A DNA stretch of 27,973 nt from a virus. Lineage: Duplodnaviria; Caudoviricetes. Positions 7,770 to 17,968 of this stretch are shown here, piece after piece; positions within the stretch are counted from its first letter, which is position 1; each line of letters starts with the position of its first letter. The stretch lies in IMG/VR virus record IMGVR_UViG_3300022867_000053, positions 1-27,973 of that record; one strand, written 5' to 3'. Both the position numbers and the translations under genes were made by a program. A model generated the notes under the pieces. The model was given only the letters and a program-made list of their open reading frames with translations. It was not told the origin of the DNA and did no database searches.

Positions 7770-9932
7770 ATGAATAAAACGACCCTCGCCAAACTACTCG
7801 CAACTGAAAATATTTCAGTTGTTCACGACATTAACGCAACTACTGCTTCATTCAATGTGAGTACTCGGTTATTAAAACTTCCTATCTTTCTTGAGATGTC
7901 CTCTGAAGTCTATGATATGTTTGTTGGTCATGAAGTTGCCCATGCCCTATGGACACCTAACCATCCTGAATTAAAAGACCTTGTGAACCTACATCCGTCC
8001 ATGATGTCTATCCTGAATGTTGTTGAAGATGCAAGAATAGAACGGATGATAAAAAAACAATATCCAGGTCTTAAAAGAAACTTTGTAAAGGGATATACCG
8101 AACTGTTCGAATCAGGATTTTTTGGAGTTACCGCTGACGAAATTGAGTATCTCAATGTACTCGATAGGCTAAACATCAACGCAAAGCTAAAAGGAAACTA
8201 TACACTCGATGTACCTTTCACTGACGCTGAATTAATATTCGTAGACAAATTAGAAAATACCCAAACATTTGAAGACACAATCCAAGTTTCTCGTGAATTG
8301 TTAAAGTTTGCAATAGACGAAAAGAACAAATTAGACAAATCCGATAAAAAAAGTAAAGGTTCACAAGAAAACTCAGAAGGTTCAGAAGGTTCTGAAGGTT
8401 CAGAAGAAAACTCAGAAGGTTCTGAAGGTTCTGAAGGTTCTGAAGGCAATGAAGGTTCACAAGAAAACTCTGAAGGTTCACAAGAAAACTCAGAAGGTTC
8501 TGAAGGTTCACAAGAAAACTCCGAAGGTTCTGAAGGTTCACAAGGTAATGATATATCCACTGATCTGGATATAATTACTCAAAAAAATATTAATGAAGCC
8601 TTTATTAACCATGAAAAAGATAGAAATTCTAAGTCAAACAGAAACGCTTATATTGTGAAAAATAATACTGATATTGATATAGACCTTGATAATATAATAG
8701 TATCCCCACAAACTATACATGATTTACTCAGAAGTGGCAAAGGAGATTACACAAAAATTAATGAATACTATAAAAAGGCTACTAATGAATACATAAAAAA
8801 CAATTCAAAAATTACCAATTATATGGTAAAAAAATTCGAACTAAAAAAGGCTGCTAAAAATTACAGAAACATATCCGAAACTCAAATGGGTTCTTTGGAT
8901 ATGAAAAAACTTCATTCCTACAAGTTTAATGATAACATATTCCTCACGGGTATGGACACAAAAGACGAGAAAAACCACGGAATTTATGCACTTGTTGACT
9001 GGTCAGGCTCTGTTAGGAAAGAATTTAATTCCATGTTGGATCAGGTGTTAAACACTGCTCTATTCTGTCGCAAGGCAGGAATTCATTTTGAAGCGTACGG
9101 TTTCACGAATGAAAGAAACAAATTAGGTCACGACCGTCAGCTACAGCCTATCCGTTGTAAAAATGGCGGCAATATCTCAACTCCAAGCCTATCATTATTG
9201 ACATTATTTTCTGGTTCAAAAAAGGCCGCTAATTTTACCCAAGAAGTCAATAACGTCTACGTGCTTAAGAGTATTATAGGTGAGAGTTTGAGTTACTGGG
9301 GATCTAGAACATTAGGCCAATATAATATCGAAGCATTTGGCTTGTACGGAACACCACTTAATGCAGCTTTGCCGGTATTGAATAAAATAATCAAAGAGTC
9401 TAAAATTAAAAACAAACTAGAGAAAACTTCTGCTCTGATATTGACTGACGGTTATGACAATGGTCGCTACACTGACCTAGAAAGCGGTAAAAAAATCTCA
9501 ATAAAAACCACCAAATCTTATAAAACTTTTGACACAGACGAAACAAAGGACCTCTATGATTATATTAAGATAGATTCTTGTTCTAAGGTAATTATTATGC
9601 ACATTTCCCATAGGTTACATCTAGATTATTACGGTTACAAATACGACAATAGTACTAATACCCGCAAACCTATTAATCCGAAAGTGGTAAATGACCAATA
9701 TAATATCCATAACACCTTCAAAAAAAATAAATACCAGGTTTTTACTAACAACGGTTTCGATGTTGCTTATGTTCTGCATCCATCTCTGTTGAATATACAG
9801 AACAACCTGCCACTTGATTCAATTGGAGCTAATGTAACCATGGGAAAACTAAAAACAATGTTTTCTAAATCGACATCTAGTAAAATAAAATCTCGTTTTG
9901 TATTGGATCATCTAATTGATACCATTGGATAG
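7770..9932 (+). CDS. HEXXH metallopeptidase-like plus VWA protein (phage 'CobT-like'), likely MoxR partner
   Basis: HEVAH and NVVEDARIE; acidic linker; MIDAS DWSGS, GTPLN, LTDG. Confidence 0.88.
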   Translation: MNKTTLAKLLATENISVVHDINATTASFNVSTRLLKLPIFLEMSSEVYDMFVGHEVAHALWTPNHPELKDLVNLHPSMMSILNVVEDARIERMIKKQYPGLKRNFVKGYTELFESGFFGVTADEIEYLNVLDRLNINAKLKGNYTLDVPFTDAELIFVDKLENTQTFEDTIQVSRELLKFAIDEKNKLDKSDKKSKGSQENSEGSEGSEGSEENSEGSEGSEGSEGNEGSQENSEGSQENSEGSEGSQENSEGSEGSQGNDISTDLDIITQKNINEAFINHEKDRNSKSNRNAYIVKNNTDIDIDLDNIIVSPQTIHDLLRSGKGDYTKINEYYKKATNEYIKNNSKITNYMVKKFELKKAAKNYRNISETQMGSLDMKKLHSYKFNDNIFLTGMDTKDEKNHGIYALVDWSGSVRKEFNSMLDQVLNTALFCRKAGIHFEAYGFTNERNKLGHDRQLQPIRCKNGGNISTPSLSLLTLFSGSKKAANFTQEVNNVYVLKSIIGESLSYWGSRTLGQYNIEAFGLYGTPLNAALPVLNKIIKESKIKNKLEKTSALILTDGYDNGRYTDLESGKKISIKTTKSYKTFDTDETKDLYDYIKIDSCSKVIIMHISHRLHLDYYGYKYDNSTNTRKPINPKVVNDQYNIHNTFKKNKYQVFTNNGFDVAYVLHPSLLNIQNNLPLDSIGANVTMGKLKTMFSKSTSSKIKSRFVLDHLIDTIG
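8357..8545 (+). repeat. In-frame GAAGGTTC(A/T) / CAAGAAAACTC repeats encoding an EGS/QENS linker
   Basis: Directly visible. Confidence 0.9.
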
Positions 9933-9956
9933 CCATCAGATAGCCATCAGATAGCC

Positions 9957-9988
9957 AAAGACCCTAGCTATATATGTTAGGGTTTTTT
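9957..9988 (+). terminator. Rho-independent terminator
   Basis: ACCCTAGC...GTTAGGGT plus T-run. Confidence 0.75.
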
Positions 9989-10159
9989 AGTTTAGTCAAT
10001 GAGGTTTCGTTTAGTCAAGGTTTAATTTATTATCCGTATATTACCATGAATGAATAAAGTACTTGAAGTCTCGGCAATCCTCGGAAATGTTTTATGCTGC
10101 ATGATACCTAGACTAAATAGAAATTTGAAAATAGAAATTTGAAAATAGAAAAATAGTGG

Positions 10160-10188
10160 TTGACATTTAATAGACTTATGTTTATATT
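10160..10188 (+). promoter_or_regulatory. Repeated early promoter, copy 9
   Basis: TTGACA-N17-TATATT, preceded by two AAATTTGAAAATAG units. Confidence 0.85.
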
Positions 10189-10244
10189 ATTGTATTGATA
10201 AATCAAACTATTGAATAAAACAAACATTGAATAAAACAAACATT

Positions 10245-10562
10245 ATGGCTACTCGATCTTACATAAAAATTTCAGATTTGCAAGGATTAAAACTTTACAA
10301 ACACTACGATGGCGATCCTAAATCTACATTACCTTGGCTAAAATCTTTTAATACCAAATGGGCTGAAACTGGTAGAGAAGACAATAACTACAAATTTGCT
10401 CAATTGGTTCGCTCCTCTGTTATTGATGCTGAAGAATTTAATCTTGACACATCTACAGAAACAGGTTGGGGCATTGAATATATGGAAAATAAATACGCTT
10501 ATGGCTGCTACTTATATACTCTACATGCCGACGGTTCTGTAGAATATAAATTTGTTGACTAA
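10245..10562 (+). CDS. Phage hypothetical protein (M.TRS...Y.H.DG.P type)
   Basis: MATRSYI...LYKHYDGDP resembles a common phage motif; start moved to ATG 10245. Confidence 0.8.
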   Translation: MATRSYIKISDLQGLKLYKHYDGDPKSTLPWLKSFNTKWAETGREDNNYKFAQLVRSSVIDAEEFNLDTSTETGWGIEYMENKYAYGCYLYTLHADGSVEYKFVD

Positions 10563-10584
10563 CCAAACCTAACCTAACCAAATC

Positions 10585-10622
10585 AAAAAAGACCTCAAGA
10601 ATTTATATTTTTGAGGTTTTTT
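10585..10622 (+). terminator. Rho-independent terminator
   Basis: ACCTCAA...TTGAGGT flanked by A- and T-runs. Confidence 0.75.
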
Positions 10623-10976
10623 AGTTTAATCTTGCTTATTTGCGTATTGATATAATAAGGGTTTTTATGGGTTATATAGCATCCCTAAGTTGTTGTGGGG
10701 CAATGTATCATAGATAGTTTTTCCACATGGTGGTTTCTTATGTTTATTATGTTTACAACCTTTTACATTAGTTTTACAACCTTTTACCATAAAAAATTTG
10801 CGGAACATAAAAAAAGTTTTTATATTGTGAGTGAAACGAACAATTCTTTTGAACACTTATATAACTAATGTCCTTAATGAACATTGAATAACTTATATGC
10901 CTAAGGATATGAAATGAACATTAGGATAGGAAATGAACCTGGATGATAATGACCATCAATGTAGTTTGGTTAGCTA

Positions 10977-10984
10977 TATAAATA
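10977..10984 (+). promoter_or_regulatory. T4-type late promoter
   Basis: TATAAATA 25 nt upstream of ATG 11010. Confidence 0.55.
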
Positions 10985-11009
10985 TTAGTAAATATAACAT
11001 AAAAGACGT

Positions 11010-12356
11010 ATGGCAATATTTACTATAAAGGACCTAGCAAAAGCTAAGTATAAACAAGTTTTCATAGATAAAATTAGAGCAAAAGAACCGATGCTCTTGG
11101 AAAATACTAAAGCATTTGAAGTACTTGAATGTCCTGAAAGTGTTCTTTCGGCATTGGAAGCAGCAAAAACTAATCAAGAACTTACCGATATAGTAAAGTC
11201 TGGTGGTAGTCTTAAATTTCTATTCAAGACTAAAAAAGGTAAAAGAATTAAACTTACAGATATTTCTAAAGAAAATGTCAAAGGTTCATCTGCTCGGGTC
11301 GGCGATGCAAACACTACCAAATACCAGGAACTTTGTTCACTGTATATAATTGAAATGGTTATCAAAAATAAAGTAGTAGAAAAGACAAAACTAGTAGAAA
11401 TTTACAATGACCTAGTAAATCAACCTACATGGCAAGAATCTTTTTTAGCACAAGAAGAAATATTTAAAAAAATGAAAACTGACCTAAAAATAGGTCGCCA
11501 CACCATATTCAATAGGGATGGTGGTTTCATGGATTTTATCACACAAAGAATAAAGACCTTTGGATTTTCCCAAAAGGATGCTTGGAACCCTGCTGATGTC
11601 TGGTTAATAAAAAATTCGACGGTCATACAGGACCTTAAAGAGGCTAAAAGCATACAAGAGCTCAATGATATAATGAAAAAAATGTTTTTTGAAGATAGAT
11701 TAATAGGTATTTCTCTAAAAAAGACCAAGAAAAAAGCATTCTACGAACTGGTAAACTTATCGAACGAGAAACCAAAAGAATATAAGTTACTTAAACTAAA
11801 TATAGCATTTGATATGGTTGGTAATAAATTTAGTAACGATGAACTTAACTACGACCAATATTACGACGGAAAATCTGTTATAAATGTTCAAATACGAATG
11901 TACCCAAAGTCTACTCTAAGCAATGTCCAGGTATCATACAAACTAAAAGGCGCAAGTGCTGAATTCGGTAAGGTTCCTTCTAGATTCAGAAACGACCTTT
12001 TTAAGACTTTTACTGGCTTAAATTTTCCACAAGGTAAAAGTATGCCACGAAACCTAGAAGAATTTAGTAAAAATAGAACTTTATATGAAAAGATGTTCAA
12101 AAAAATTCAAGCTAACAAGAACTTTAATACTAATGTTCGAGATGTAAATGAATTTTTTAAGAACTTCGAAACTATTTTTAGCGAACAAAGTGAAACCTAT
12201 ATACAGACCGAACTGTGTACCAAGCTCCAGGGTTTCCATATAGCATACGGCTTTTCTTTGTTATCAGAAAACGAACTAACCGACCTACTTACACAGTGGG
12301 CATATTTATCGCAGAAAAAAGGAAACATCTTTGGACCTTTTGTCAAAGTTTATTAA
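11010..12356 (+). CDS. PD-(D/E)XK restriction-like endonuclease
   Basis: QE helix, WNPADVW and IGISLKK motifs. Confidence 0.65.
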   Translation: MAIFTIKDLAKAKYKQVFIDKIRAKEPMLLENTKAFEVLECPESVLSALEAAKTNQELTDIVKSGGSLKFLFKTKKGKRIKLTDISKENVKGSSARVGDANTTKYQELCSLYIIEMVIKNKVVEKTKLVEIYNDLVNQPTWQESFLAQEEIFKKMKTDLKIGRHTIFNRDGGFMDFITQRIKTFGFSQKDAWNPADVWLIKNSTVIQDLKEAKSIQELNDIMKKMFFEDRLIGISLKKTKKKAFYELVNLSNEKPKEYKLLKLNIAFDMVGNKFSNDELNYDQYYDGKSVINVQIRMYPKSTLSNVQVSYKLKGASAEFGKVPSRFRNDLFKTFTGLNFPQGKSMPRNLEEFSKNRTLYEKMFKKIQANKNFNTNVRDVNEFFKNFETIFSEQSETYIQTELCTKLQGFHIAYGFSLLSENELTDLLTQWAYLSQKKGNIFGPFVKVY

Positions 12357-12382
12357 AAATACCACACACACTTATAAAAAAA

Positions 12383-13315
12383 ATGAACCCATTAGATACA
12401 CAATACGCAGATATTCTTAGACTCATAAAGCGTCAAGGCCACGAAAAAGACACTAGAAATGGAAAAACTAAAAGCATATTTGGAGTTACTTTCAGACATG
12501 ACATGAAAACTGGGTTTCCTTTGTTGACAACAAAAAAGATGGCTGTTGGATCTATCATGAATGAACTCAGATGGTTTTTAACAGGCTCGACAGACATAAG
12601 AGACTTATGGGAAATGAACGTTTCTATATGGGACGGTGATTGGTACAAAAACTATAGAAAATGGTGTACAAATCCACTGTCACTCCAACAAATGAAAACC
12701 ATTGCTAAAAATCCAAGTTCATACCATGATACTATTTGGGATTTAGGTCCTATTTACGGCTCTCAGTGGAAAAATTTTGATGGTATAGATCAGATAAAAC
12801 AAGTACTAGAAAAACTGCGAAATAATCCAGATGATAGAGCAATTATGGTCAGCGCATGGAATCCTTCAAAATTGGAAGAAATGACTTTGAGACCTTGCCA
12901 TTATGGTTTTCAATTATTTACTAGGGTTCTAACTAAAAAAGAGCAACTAGATTATATAGCATCAAAACCAAACAGCAGTGGCAACAAACCTACTAGAGCA
13001 ATTTCTCTTCTTTGGAATCAACGGTCAGTAGATACGCCTTTAGGTTTGCCCTTCAACATTGCAAGTTATGCTATGCTTCTTGAATTATTTGCTGCCGAGA
13101 CAGGTATGGTGCCTGATGAGTTAATAGGTAATTTGGGTGATACTCATATCTACGAAAATCAGATGCTTGGTGTTGATGAACAACTTTCCCGAGATGGTTA
13201 CGCAATACTACCAACTATAAAAATAAATCATTCAAACATTTTAGCAGGACAGTTTGATTATACTATAGCTGATTATCGGTCTTGCGATGTTATCAAGTTT
13301 CCGTTGAGCAACTAA
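12383..13315 (+). CDS. thyA: Thymidylate synthase
   Basis: FPLLTTK, LGPIYG, RPCH, QRSVD, GLPFNIASY, DTHIY; start moved to ATG 12383. Confidence 0.96.
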   Translation: MNPLDTQYADILRLIKRQGHEKDTRNGKTKSIFGVTFRHDMKTGFPLLTTKKMAVGSIMNELRWFLTGSTDIRDLWEMNVSIWDGDWYKNYRKWCTNPLSLQQMKTIAKNPSSYHDTIWDLGPIYGSQWKNFDGIDQIKQVLEKLRNNPDDRAIMVSAWNPSKLEEMTLRPCHYGFQLFTRVLTKKEQLDYIASKPNSSGNKPTRAISLLWNQRSVDTPLGLPFNIASYAMLLELFAAETGMVPDELIGNLGDTHIYENQMLGVDEQLSRDGYAILPTIKINHSNILAGQFDYTIADYRSCDVIKFPLSN

Positions 13316-13357
13316 AATACTAACTGGGTTGATTCTGATACAAAATACTAACTTTAT

Positions 13358-13386
13358 TTGACATTAGTGCTATAAATGTTTATATT
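13358..13386 (+). promoter_or_regulatory. Early promoter, divergent copy 10
   Basis: TTGACA-N17-TATATT followed by the conserved TGTATTGATAAAT. Confidence 0.75.
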
Positions 13387-13420
13387 TATGTATTGATAAA
13401 TTAATAAAATTCCAACCACA

Positions 13421-13627
13421 ATGAACACAATGAACACAAGCGATAAAAGCGAAACAGAGGTAAATGCTCAAATTCTTAGGCTGAATACAGCAATAGAAGA
13501 ATTAAAAGAATACAATTACTACGGTGTAGATAATATGTTAGAAATTTATGATGCAGTTAGTGCTATAGCACTCGTGCGGTATGGTTTAAAACTAAATAGA
13601 ATGAGTGACCTACAAAATGAAGCATAA
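13421..13627 (+). CDS. Hypothetical protein
   Basis: 68 aa; overlaps the next start. Confidence 0.65.
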   Translation: MNTMNTSDKSETEVNAQILRLNTAIEELKEYNYYGVDNMLEIYDAVSAIALVRYGLKLNRMSDLQNEA

Positions 13628-14444
13628 AATTTACATACCCTCTAAAGGCCGTCCAGATTCATGTACTGCAAAAATGTTAAAACAAAACAACATTCCTTTT
13701 AGTTTAGTAGTAGAAGACCAAGATTATAATGACTATGTTGCTACGTGGGGTAAAGGTTCTGTAATTAATCTAGGCGGTAATGATTATGGGTCAGTTGGCT
13801 ATGCTCGTGCCTTTATTAAAAATTACTCAACAGATCTTGGAGAAAAATGTCATTGGCAATTAGACGACGATTTACCTATGATTTATGAAGTTATAGGTGG
13901 GAAGAATCGAAAAGCAATACCCGATGAAGTTTTTAAAAAAGTAGAAAATTTTTATCACCTATACACAAATATAGGCATAATTGGTCTATCTTCTAGTGCT
14001 TTCAATAAAATGTCAGCCCATGAATATCGAGTAAACGCCTTTGCATTTGGCTGCGTTTTGATAAACAATCAAACACCGTTCAGTTACCGTATGGACACAG
14101 TAGAAGATTTAGATTATACACTACAATGCCTTACTTCTAATTATTGTACTGTTCGTTTCTATAAATTTGCTTTTACGACTGTGAGTACTGGTGTAAACAA
14201 GGGCGGTTATAATGAAATTGACAGCACCGTAGATAATAATGTTACTACCAGGAACCAAAGAATGATTAATACTGTCGATCTTTGGCCAGGAATTTTAAAC
14301 GAAATTGTCTATAAAAAGCATGCCGTGGCTGGTTACGATAAGCGTATAAAAACCAATCATATATGGAAAAATTTTGTGCATCCGTTAAAACTAAAAATCA
14401 CTAATACAGGACTATGGGCTAATGAAATATCCGACACTATATAA
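13617..14444 (+). CDS. GT-A fold glycosyltransferase, TET-associated (TAGT/GREB1-like) type
   Basis: IYIPSKGR, VVEDQDY..Y, GYAR, WQLDDD, EDLD, NKGG. Confidence 0.8.
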   Translation: MKHKIYIPSKGRPDSCTAKMLKQNNIPFSLVVEDQDYNDYVATWGKGSVINLGGNDYGSVGYARAFIKNYSTDLGEKCHWQLDDDLPMIYEVIGGKNRKAIPDEVFKKVENFYHLYTNIGIIGLSSSAFNKMSAHEYRVNAFAFGCVLINNQTPFSYRMDTVEDLDYTLQCLTSNYCTVRFYKFAFTTVSTGVNKGGYNEIDSTVDNNVTTRNQRMINTVDLWPGILNEIVYKKHAVAGYDKRIKTNHIWKNFVHPLKLKITNTGLWANEISDTI

Positions 14445-15540
14445 AAGAACAAAAACTGGGTCTGTCCAAGAATGGACTATCGAACTCGAAGGAAATAAAC
14501 ATAGAACTATCGTAGGTAAAAAAGGCGGTAAATTAATTATAGGTGCATGGACTACAGAAACTGGTGTAAACGTGGGTAAATTGAACGCAACATCAGACGA
14601 AGAACAAGCACTAAGAGTAGTTTTGCGAAAAATAACTAAACAAAAAGAAGGTAACTATGTAGAAAATATTGAAACCATAGATAAAGACTTTGGGTTTTCT
14701 CCTATGCTTGCTTCTGGTTGGGATTTTTCCAAAAATGAAAATAATTATCCTTTATATTCACAGCCAAAATTAGATGGAATCAGGTGTATAGTAAATATTG
14801 ATGGTATGTGGTCTAGAAACGGTAAACCAATACTGTCAGCACCTCATATCTACGAATCTTTATCGCCTATTTTTGATGTCTATCCTAATTCTGTTTTTGA
14901 TGGCGAATTATATAACCACGAATTTAAGGAAAACTTCAATAAAATTATATCACTGACAAGAAAATCGAAACCAACAACAGAGGATCTCATTGAATCTTCT
15001 GAACTTATTCAATACCACATTTATGACTATCCTTCAGATAATGGGAATTTTGTCGAAAGAAGTTCAAATCTAGTAAAATTATTTCATGAATTTTATAAGT
15101 CCGAGTTGCCATCCAAGTCACTGAAATTGGTAAAAACTGTTACGTTACACAATGAGAAAGATGTTGCTGATAATTTTGATTCATATACAAAAGATGGCTA
15201 TGAAGGTCAAATGGTACGAACAGACGGACCGTACGAACAGATAAGGTCCAAGACATTAATGAAGCATAAAGTTTTCGTGGATCAGGAATATATCATTTTA
15301 GATATTTGTGAAGGTCGTGGAAAAAGAAAAGGTACTGCTGGTTATTTTAGTTTTGAAAATGAAGAAGGCAAGAAATTTAATTCTAACTTAAAATGTACGT
15401 TTGAAGATGCTGCTGAATACTTAGTAAACAAAAATACCTATATAGGCAAAACAGCAACGGTTCAATTCTGTAATAAAACTCCGGATAATATCCCTAGGTT
15501 CCCTTACGTAACCAAGGTTGCTCGTGAAACTTATGAGTAA
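14422..15540 (+). CDS. ATP-dependent DNA ligase
   Basis: PMLA, QPKLDGIRC (KxDG), FDGELY, YEGQMVR, IPRFP. Confidence 0.93.
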   Translation: MKYPTLYKRTKTGSVQEWTIELEGNKHRTIVGKKGGKLIIGAWTTETGVNVGKLNATSDEEQALRVVLRKITKQKEGNYVENIETIDKDFGFSPMLASGWDFSKNENNYPLYSQPKLDGIRCIVNIDGMWSRNGKPILSAPHIYESLSPIFDVYPNSVFDGELYNHEFKENFNKIISLTRKSKPTTEDLIESSELIQYHIYDYPSDNGNFVERSSNLVKLFHEFYKSELPSKSLKLVKTVTLHNEKDVADNFDSYTKDGYEGQMVRTDGPYEQIRSKTLMKHKVFVDQEYIILDICEGRGKRKGTAGYFSFENEEGKKFNSNLKCTFEDAAEYLVNKNTYIGKTATVQFCNKTPDNIPRFPYVTKVARETYE

Positions 15541-15554
15541 TTAAAATTCTGTTT

Positions 15555-15584
15555 TGTAATGTACGATAAAAATCGTATATTACA
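15555..15584. promoter_or_regulatory. Intergenic palindrome overlapping a possible promoter
   Basis: TGTAATGTACGAT-AAAA-ATCGTATATTACA (13-bp arms, 1 G-T). Confidence 0.45.
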
Positions 15585-15625
15585 GTACACTAAATATACA
15601 CATAACACTAACAAATAAAATAAAA

Positions 15626-15976
15626 ATGGCCGATACCTCTAAAAAACATCTGGGTCCTGTATTATGGGAAGATGAAAAAACAAGAACTTGGAGAGATGAG
15701 TGGCTTGCTCTCCCTGCGTATGAACAAAAGTCTAAAAAATGTTTCAAGGAAATAATTGTCAGGTTTTCATCAGATGAAGACTATAAAGATTTTCAAAACA
15801 GGCTAGAGCAACAACTTTCATATAAAACCAAATCAATCTGGCATCCTAAACTCGATAGAACATTAGCATTTGAGTTTGATTTACTATGTGTAGATACCGA
15901 AGATAAAGAAGAATGGCTATCCAAACCATTGACAAAGGACCAAACCACAAAAGATTCTGATATAGATGAAATATAG
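15626..15976 (+). CDS. Small protein probably accessory to the TAGT-like glycosyltransferase
   Basis: EW..LP.YEQ, IIVRF...EDY..F, TKSIWHP; overlaps the GT start. Confidence 0.7.
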   Translation: MADTSKKHLGPVLWEDEKTRTWRDEWLALPAYEQKSKKCFKEIIVRFSSDEDYKDFQNRLEQQLSYKTKSIWHPKLDRTLAFEFDLLCVDTEDKEEWLSKPLTKDQTTKDSDIDEI

Positions 15977-16961
15977 AATAAAACCAGAAATTCCTGCCAG
16001 AATACCCCGCTACCCTATCTACATTATTTCTAAAGGTCGTGCATATAGCCCACAGACTGCTAAAGCACTTGATGAAATGAAATGCCCTTATAGGATGGTA
16101 ATAGAACCACAAGAATATGAAGAATATTCGAAAGTAATAGACCCTAAAAAACTACTAGTACTACCATTTTCAAACTTGGGTTTGGGTGGTATTACTGCTA
16201 GAAATTGGGTATGGGAACATTCAATATCAGAAGGCCATGAAAGACATTGGATTCTTGATGATAATATCCAAGGCTTCAAAAGAGTTCATAAGAATCTAAG
16301 GTATCATGTAAAAACAGGTGCAATTTTCAGAGCCCACGAAGATTTTGTGGACCGCTATGATAATATAAAAATGTCTGGGTTTAACTATACAACATTCGTA
16401 ATGGCTGTTACAGAATATCCTCCTTACTACATTAATAGTAGAATATATTCCTGTATCTTATTGTCTAATGATGTTTACGAGCCTTCCAAGGACCATACCT
16501 CGATGGGAACACGATACGGTTCTACTGAAGTAAAATCTGGAGTTATTCGATGGATTCCTAGATTCAACGAAGACACAAAATTGAGTCTCGATATGATGAA
16601 GAGAGGTTACTGCACCATACTCACAAATAATTTCACAGCATCAAAAACGGTTACTCTAACTATGAAAGGTGGTAACACTGAAGAAGTATATGGAGATACA
16701 AATAATCGTTTAGAATTCGCACAAGAACTTAGAGATGCTCATCCCGATGTTGTGCAGATTACAAAAAAATATGGACGTTGGCATCACCACGTAGAATATT
16801 CAAGGTTTCAAAAAGTAGTAGATCTAAAGTTAAAACCTGAATATGAAAATATACCTGCTGATTATGAAGATGAGTATGGTATGGAATTAATGATAAAAAA
16901 TCCAAACGATGTAGATCTAACAAAATATGTCTATAACCGTTACACAATAAGCGAAGATTAA
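15966..16961 (+). CDS. GT-A fold glycosyltransferase, TAGT-like
   Basis: YPIYIISKGR, IEPQEYEEY, ARNWVWEH, HWILDDNI, NEDT, MKGGNT. Confidence 0.85.
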   Translation: MKYRIKPEIPARIPRYPIYIISKGRAYSPQTAKALDEMKCPYRMVIEPQEYEEYSKVIDPKKLLVLPFSNLGLGGITARNWVWEHSISEGHERHWILDDNIQGFKRVHKNLRYHVKTGAIFRAHEDFVDRYDNIKMSGFNYTTFVMAVTEYPPYYINSRIYSCILLSNDVYEPSKDHTSMGTRYGSTEVKSGVIRWIPRFNEDTKLSLDMMKRGYCTILTNNFTASKTVTLTMKGGNTEEVYGDTNNRLEFAQELRDAHPDVVQITKKYGRWHHHVEYSRFQKVVDLKLKPEYENIPADYEDEYGMELMIKNPNDVDLTKYVYNRYTISED

Positions 16962-17965
16962 TGAATACAAAATATTTAATAACTGGCATAGGTGGACTTT
17001 TAGGGTCTAGATTGGCCAAATATATTATAGATAATGATTTAGGTACCGTTGTTGGTATAGATGACTTTTCTGGTGGTCAAAGGGACTTTGTTCCTTCTGG
17101 CGCTAGTATTTGGCTTCATGACTTGAGTGAAAGTTCTGATTCTTTAGATAATATTTTTGATTCTTATAAACCAGATATTGTTTACCATTTTGCGGCGATG
17201 GCTGCGGAGGGTCTTTCACCCTTCATTCGCACAAATACCTATAAGAATAATATCATAGCTTCTTCTAATGTTATTAATTGCTGTATCAATCATTCAGTAG
17301 AAAGGTTAGTATTCACATCTTCGATGGCTGTGTATGGCGCTGGTAAAGTTCCTTTTTCCGAATCTAACGTTCCCGAACCAGTAGACCCTTACGGTAATGC
17401 TAAATTAGCAGTCGAGAATGATTTACGGTATGCTCATGAGCAATTTGGGCTTGATTATTGTATCATTAGACCGCATAATGTCTACGGTATTAATCAAAAT
17501 ATTTGGGACCCTTATAGAAATGTTCTCGGTATCTGGATGAGACAAAGAAAGGCAAACAAAGATATTACTATCTATGGAGATGGTAACCAAAAAAGAGCCT
17601 TTAGCTACATAGATGATTCTTTAAAACCCTTATATATGGCAGGAATCTCTAGAAAAGTTTCTGGAGAAATAATAAATCTAGGAGGTATCGAAGAAGTTTC
17701 TATAAAACAAGCAGCAGAAATATTTATGGGTATTGAAGGCCCCAAAGTAAATATTGTCCATTTAGAAAAAAGAGAAGAGGTAAAACTTGCATGGGCCACA
17801 CATCAAAAATCTCAGGAACTTCTCGGTTTCATGCACGAAACCTCACTGGAGAATGGATTGCAAAAGATGTGGAATTGGGTATTACAGCAACCTGATAGAC
17901 CAATTCAAAGAATGGAAAAGTACGAAATAGAAAAAGGGATCTACTCTTACTGGAAAAATAATTAA
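16961..17965 (+). CDS. NAD-dependent NDP-sugar epimerase/dehydratase (extended SDR)
   Basis: TGIGGLLG, HFAA, FTSS, YGNAK (YxxxK), HNVYG. Confidence 0.92.
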   Translation: MNTKYLITGIGGLLGSRLAKYIIDNDLGTVVGIDDFSGGQRDFVPSGASIWLHDLSESSDSLDNIFDSYKPDIVYHFAAMAAEGLSPFIRTNTYKNNIIASSNVINCCINHSVERLVFTSSMAVYGAGKVPFSESNVPEPVDPYGNAKLAVENDLRYAHEQFGLDYCIIRPHNVYGINQNIWDPYRNVLGIWMRQRKANKDITIYGDGNQKRAFSYIDDSLKPLYMAGISRKVSGEIINLGGIEEVSIKQAAEIFMGIEGPKVNIVHLEKREEVKLAWATHQKSQELLGFMHETSLENGLQKMWNWVLQQPDRPIQRMEKYEIEKGIYSYWKNN

Positions 17966-17968
17966 AAG

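Noticed and set aside
8198-8560. Minus-strand repeat ORFs, and other antisense ORFs such as 24315-25649 and 26859-27053 on +
   Set aside because: Shadow frames of real genes or low-complexity repeats
6481-9932. Cobalamin biosynthesis cobS/cobT
   Set aside because: No cobN or other cob genes; motifs fit a generic MoxR/VWA pair
12215-13315. dCMP hydroxymethylase, or N-terminally extended ThyA
   Set aside because: The specificity residue is Asn (PFNIASY); the extension overlaps the nuclease gene and ATG 12383 gives a normal-length enzyme
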